A stretch of DNA of 57,655 bases, taken from positions 1 through 57,655 of the forward strand of contig JAISGE010000182.1 of assembly GCA_031263265.1 (NCBI GenBank). Direction: 5' to 3'. The notes under the pieces were generated by a model. It saw nothing but the letters and a program-made list of their open reading frames with translations, made no database searches and was not told the DNA's origin. The DNA is from Treponema sp. (GTDB lineage: Bacteria; Spirochaetota; Spirochaetia; Treponematales; Breznakiellaceae). This document shows, one piece after another, positions 57,219 through 57,655 of the stretch; position 1 is the first letter of the stretch; every line of letters begins with the position of its first letter. The translations under genes and the position numbers were made by a program.

Positions 57219-57655
57219 TCATTCAGATTGGTAGGTGAGCAAGGTCCGTACCGGAATAGGAGCCAATACTTGGTCATAGTGCAAGAAGGGAAGCCCGATA
57301 ACGCCGAATATTTCAGGTACCAGTCCCCCCGCCGCGGTGATGAGTTCCCACGCGGCCTTGAGGGTTCCGCCTGTGGCGATAAGATCGTCCATGAGGAGGA
57401 CCTGTTTACCCTGGGGAATATCCTCAGGCTGGATTTCAATCTCCGCCTGGCCATATTCAAGCTGATAGGCCTTAGCAATGGTTTTGCCCGGCAGTTTACC
57501 TTTCTTACGAATCAAAATAAGGGGAATCCCCATACGAATCGCAAACGGAGCGGCAAATAGAAAACCCCGGGCTTCGATAGCCGCTACCGCATCGATCCCC
57601 TTATCCTGGTACAAGCCGAACATGGCATCAATACAGCCGGTGAAGGCCCTGGGGT
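57219..57655 (-). CDS. apt: Adenine phosphoribosyltransferase (N-terminus beyond window end)
   Basis: 'IDAVAAIEARGF' and PRPP motif 'VLLMDDLIATGGT'. The frame stays open to the window edge. Confidence 0.85.
   Translation of the reverse strand, partial: PRAFTGCIDAMFGLYQDKGIDAVAAIEARGFLFAAPFAIRMGIPLILIRKKGKLPGKTIAKAYQLEYGQAEIEIQPEDIPQGKQVLLMDDLIATGGTLKAAWELITAAGGLVPEIFGVIGLPFLHYDQVLAPIPVRTLLTYQSE

Overview
This 57.7-kb window is almost fully coding and looks like a spirochete chromosome. By inference it comes from an acetogenic, Treponema primitia-like termite-gut treponeme. I see four blocks. (1) 1-9.8 kb holds housekeeping genes: GNAT, M18 aminopeptidase, sua5/tsaC, corA, tRNA-Asn, 5-formyl-THF cyclo-ligase, the N-degron module clpS-clpA-aat, and a Cys-rich Fe-S protein. 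(2) 9.97-24.25 kb is a contiguous minus-strand Wood-Ljungdahl cluster: metF-metF-fhs-fchA-folD-acsA(cooS)-cooC-acsB-acsD-acsC-acsE. (3) 24.6-27.7 kb holds rluA-family, trkH and pth. After it, a 24-kb unidirectional minus-strand array runs rsmH-ftsL-murF-mraY-ftsW-ftsQ-ftsA-ftsZ-xerD-TPR-dprA-topA-xerC-hslV-hslU-flgB-flgC-fliE-fliF-fliG-fliH-fliI-fliJ. (4) 52.2-57.7 kb holds two tandem FlaA-like sheath genes, a membrane-anchored hypothetical, a mannitol-dehydrogenase-family gene, larB and a partial apt. I found no CRISPR array, IS element, prophage or obvious defence system. The unexplained signals are all non-coding. First, a 24-bp palindrome GTTTCAAAA-N6-TTTTGAAAC recurs three times beside folate/C1 genes. 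Second, a 42-nt element (39/42 identical) occurs in the acsC-acsE spacer and in the long leader upstream of rsmH. Third, there are unusually long structured spacers and leaders inside and ahead of the acs operon. Fourth, a repeat-rich control region lies upstream of the distal of two metF paralogs, and neither paralog has a metV/hdr partner in the window. All functional calls come from motif recognition by eye. No database search was run.
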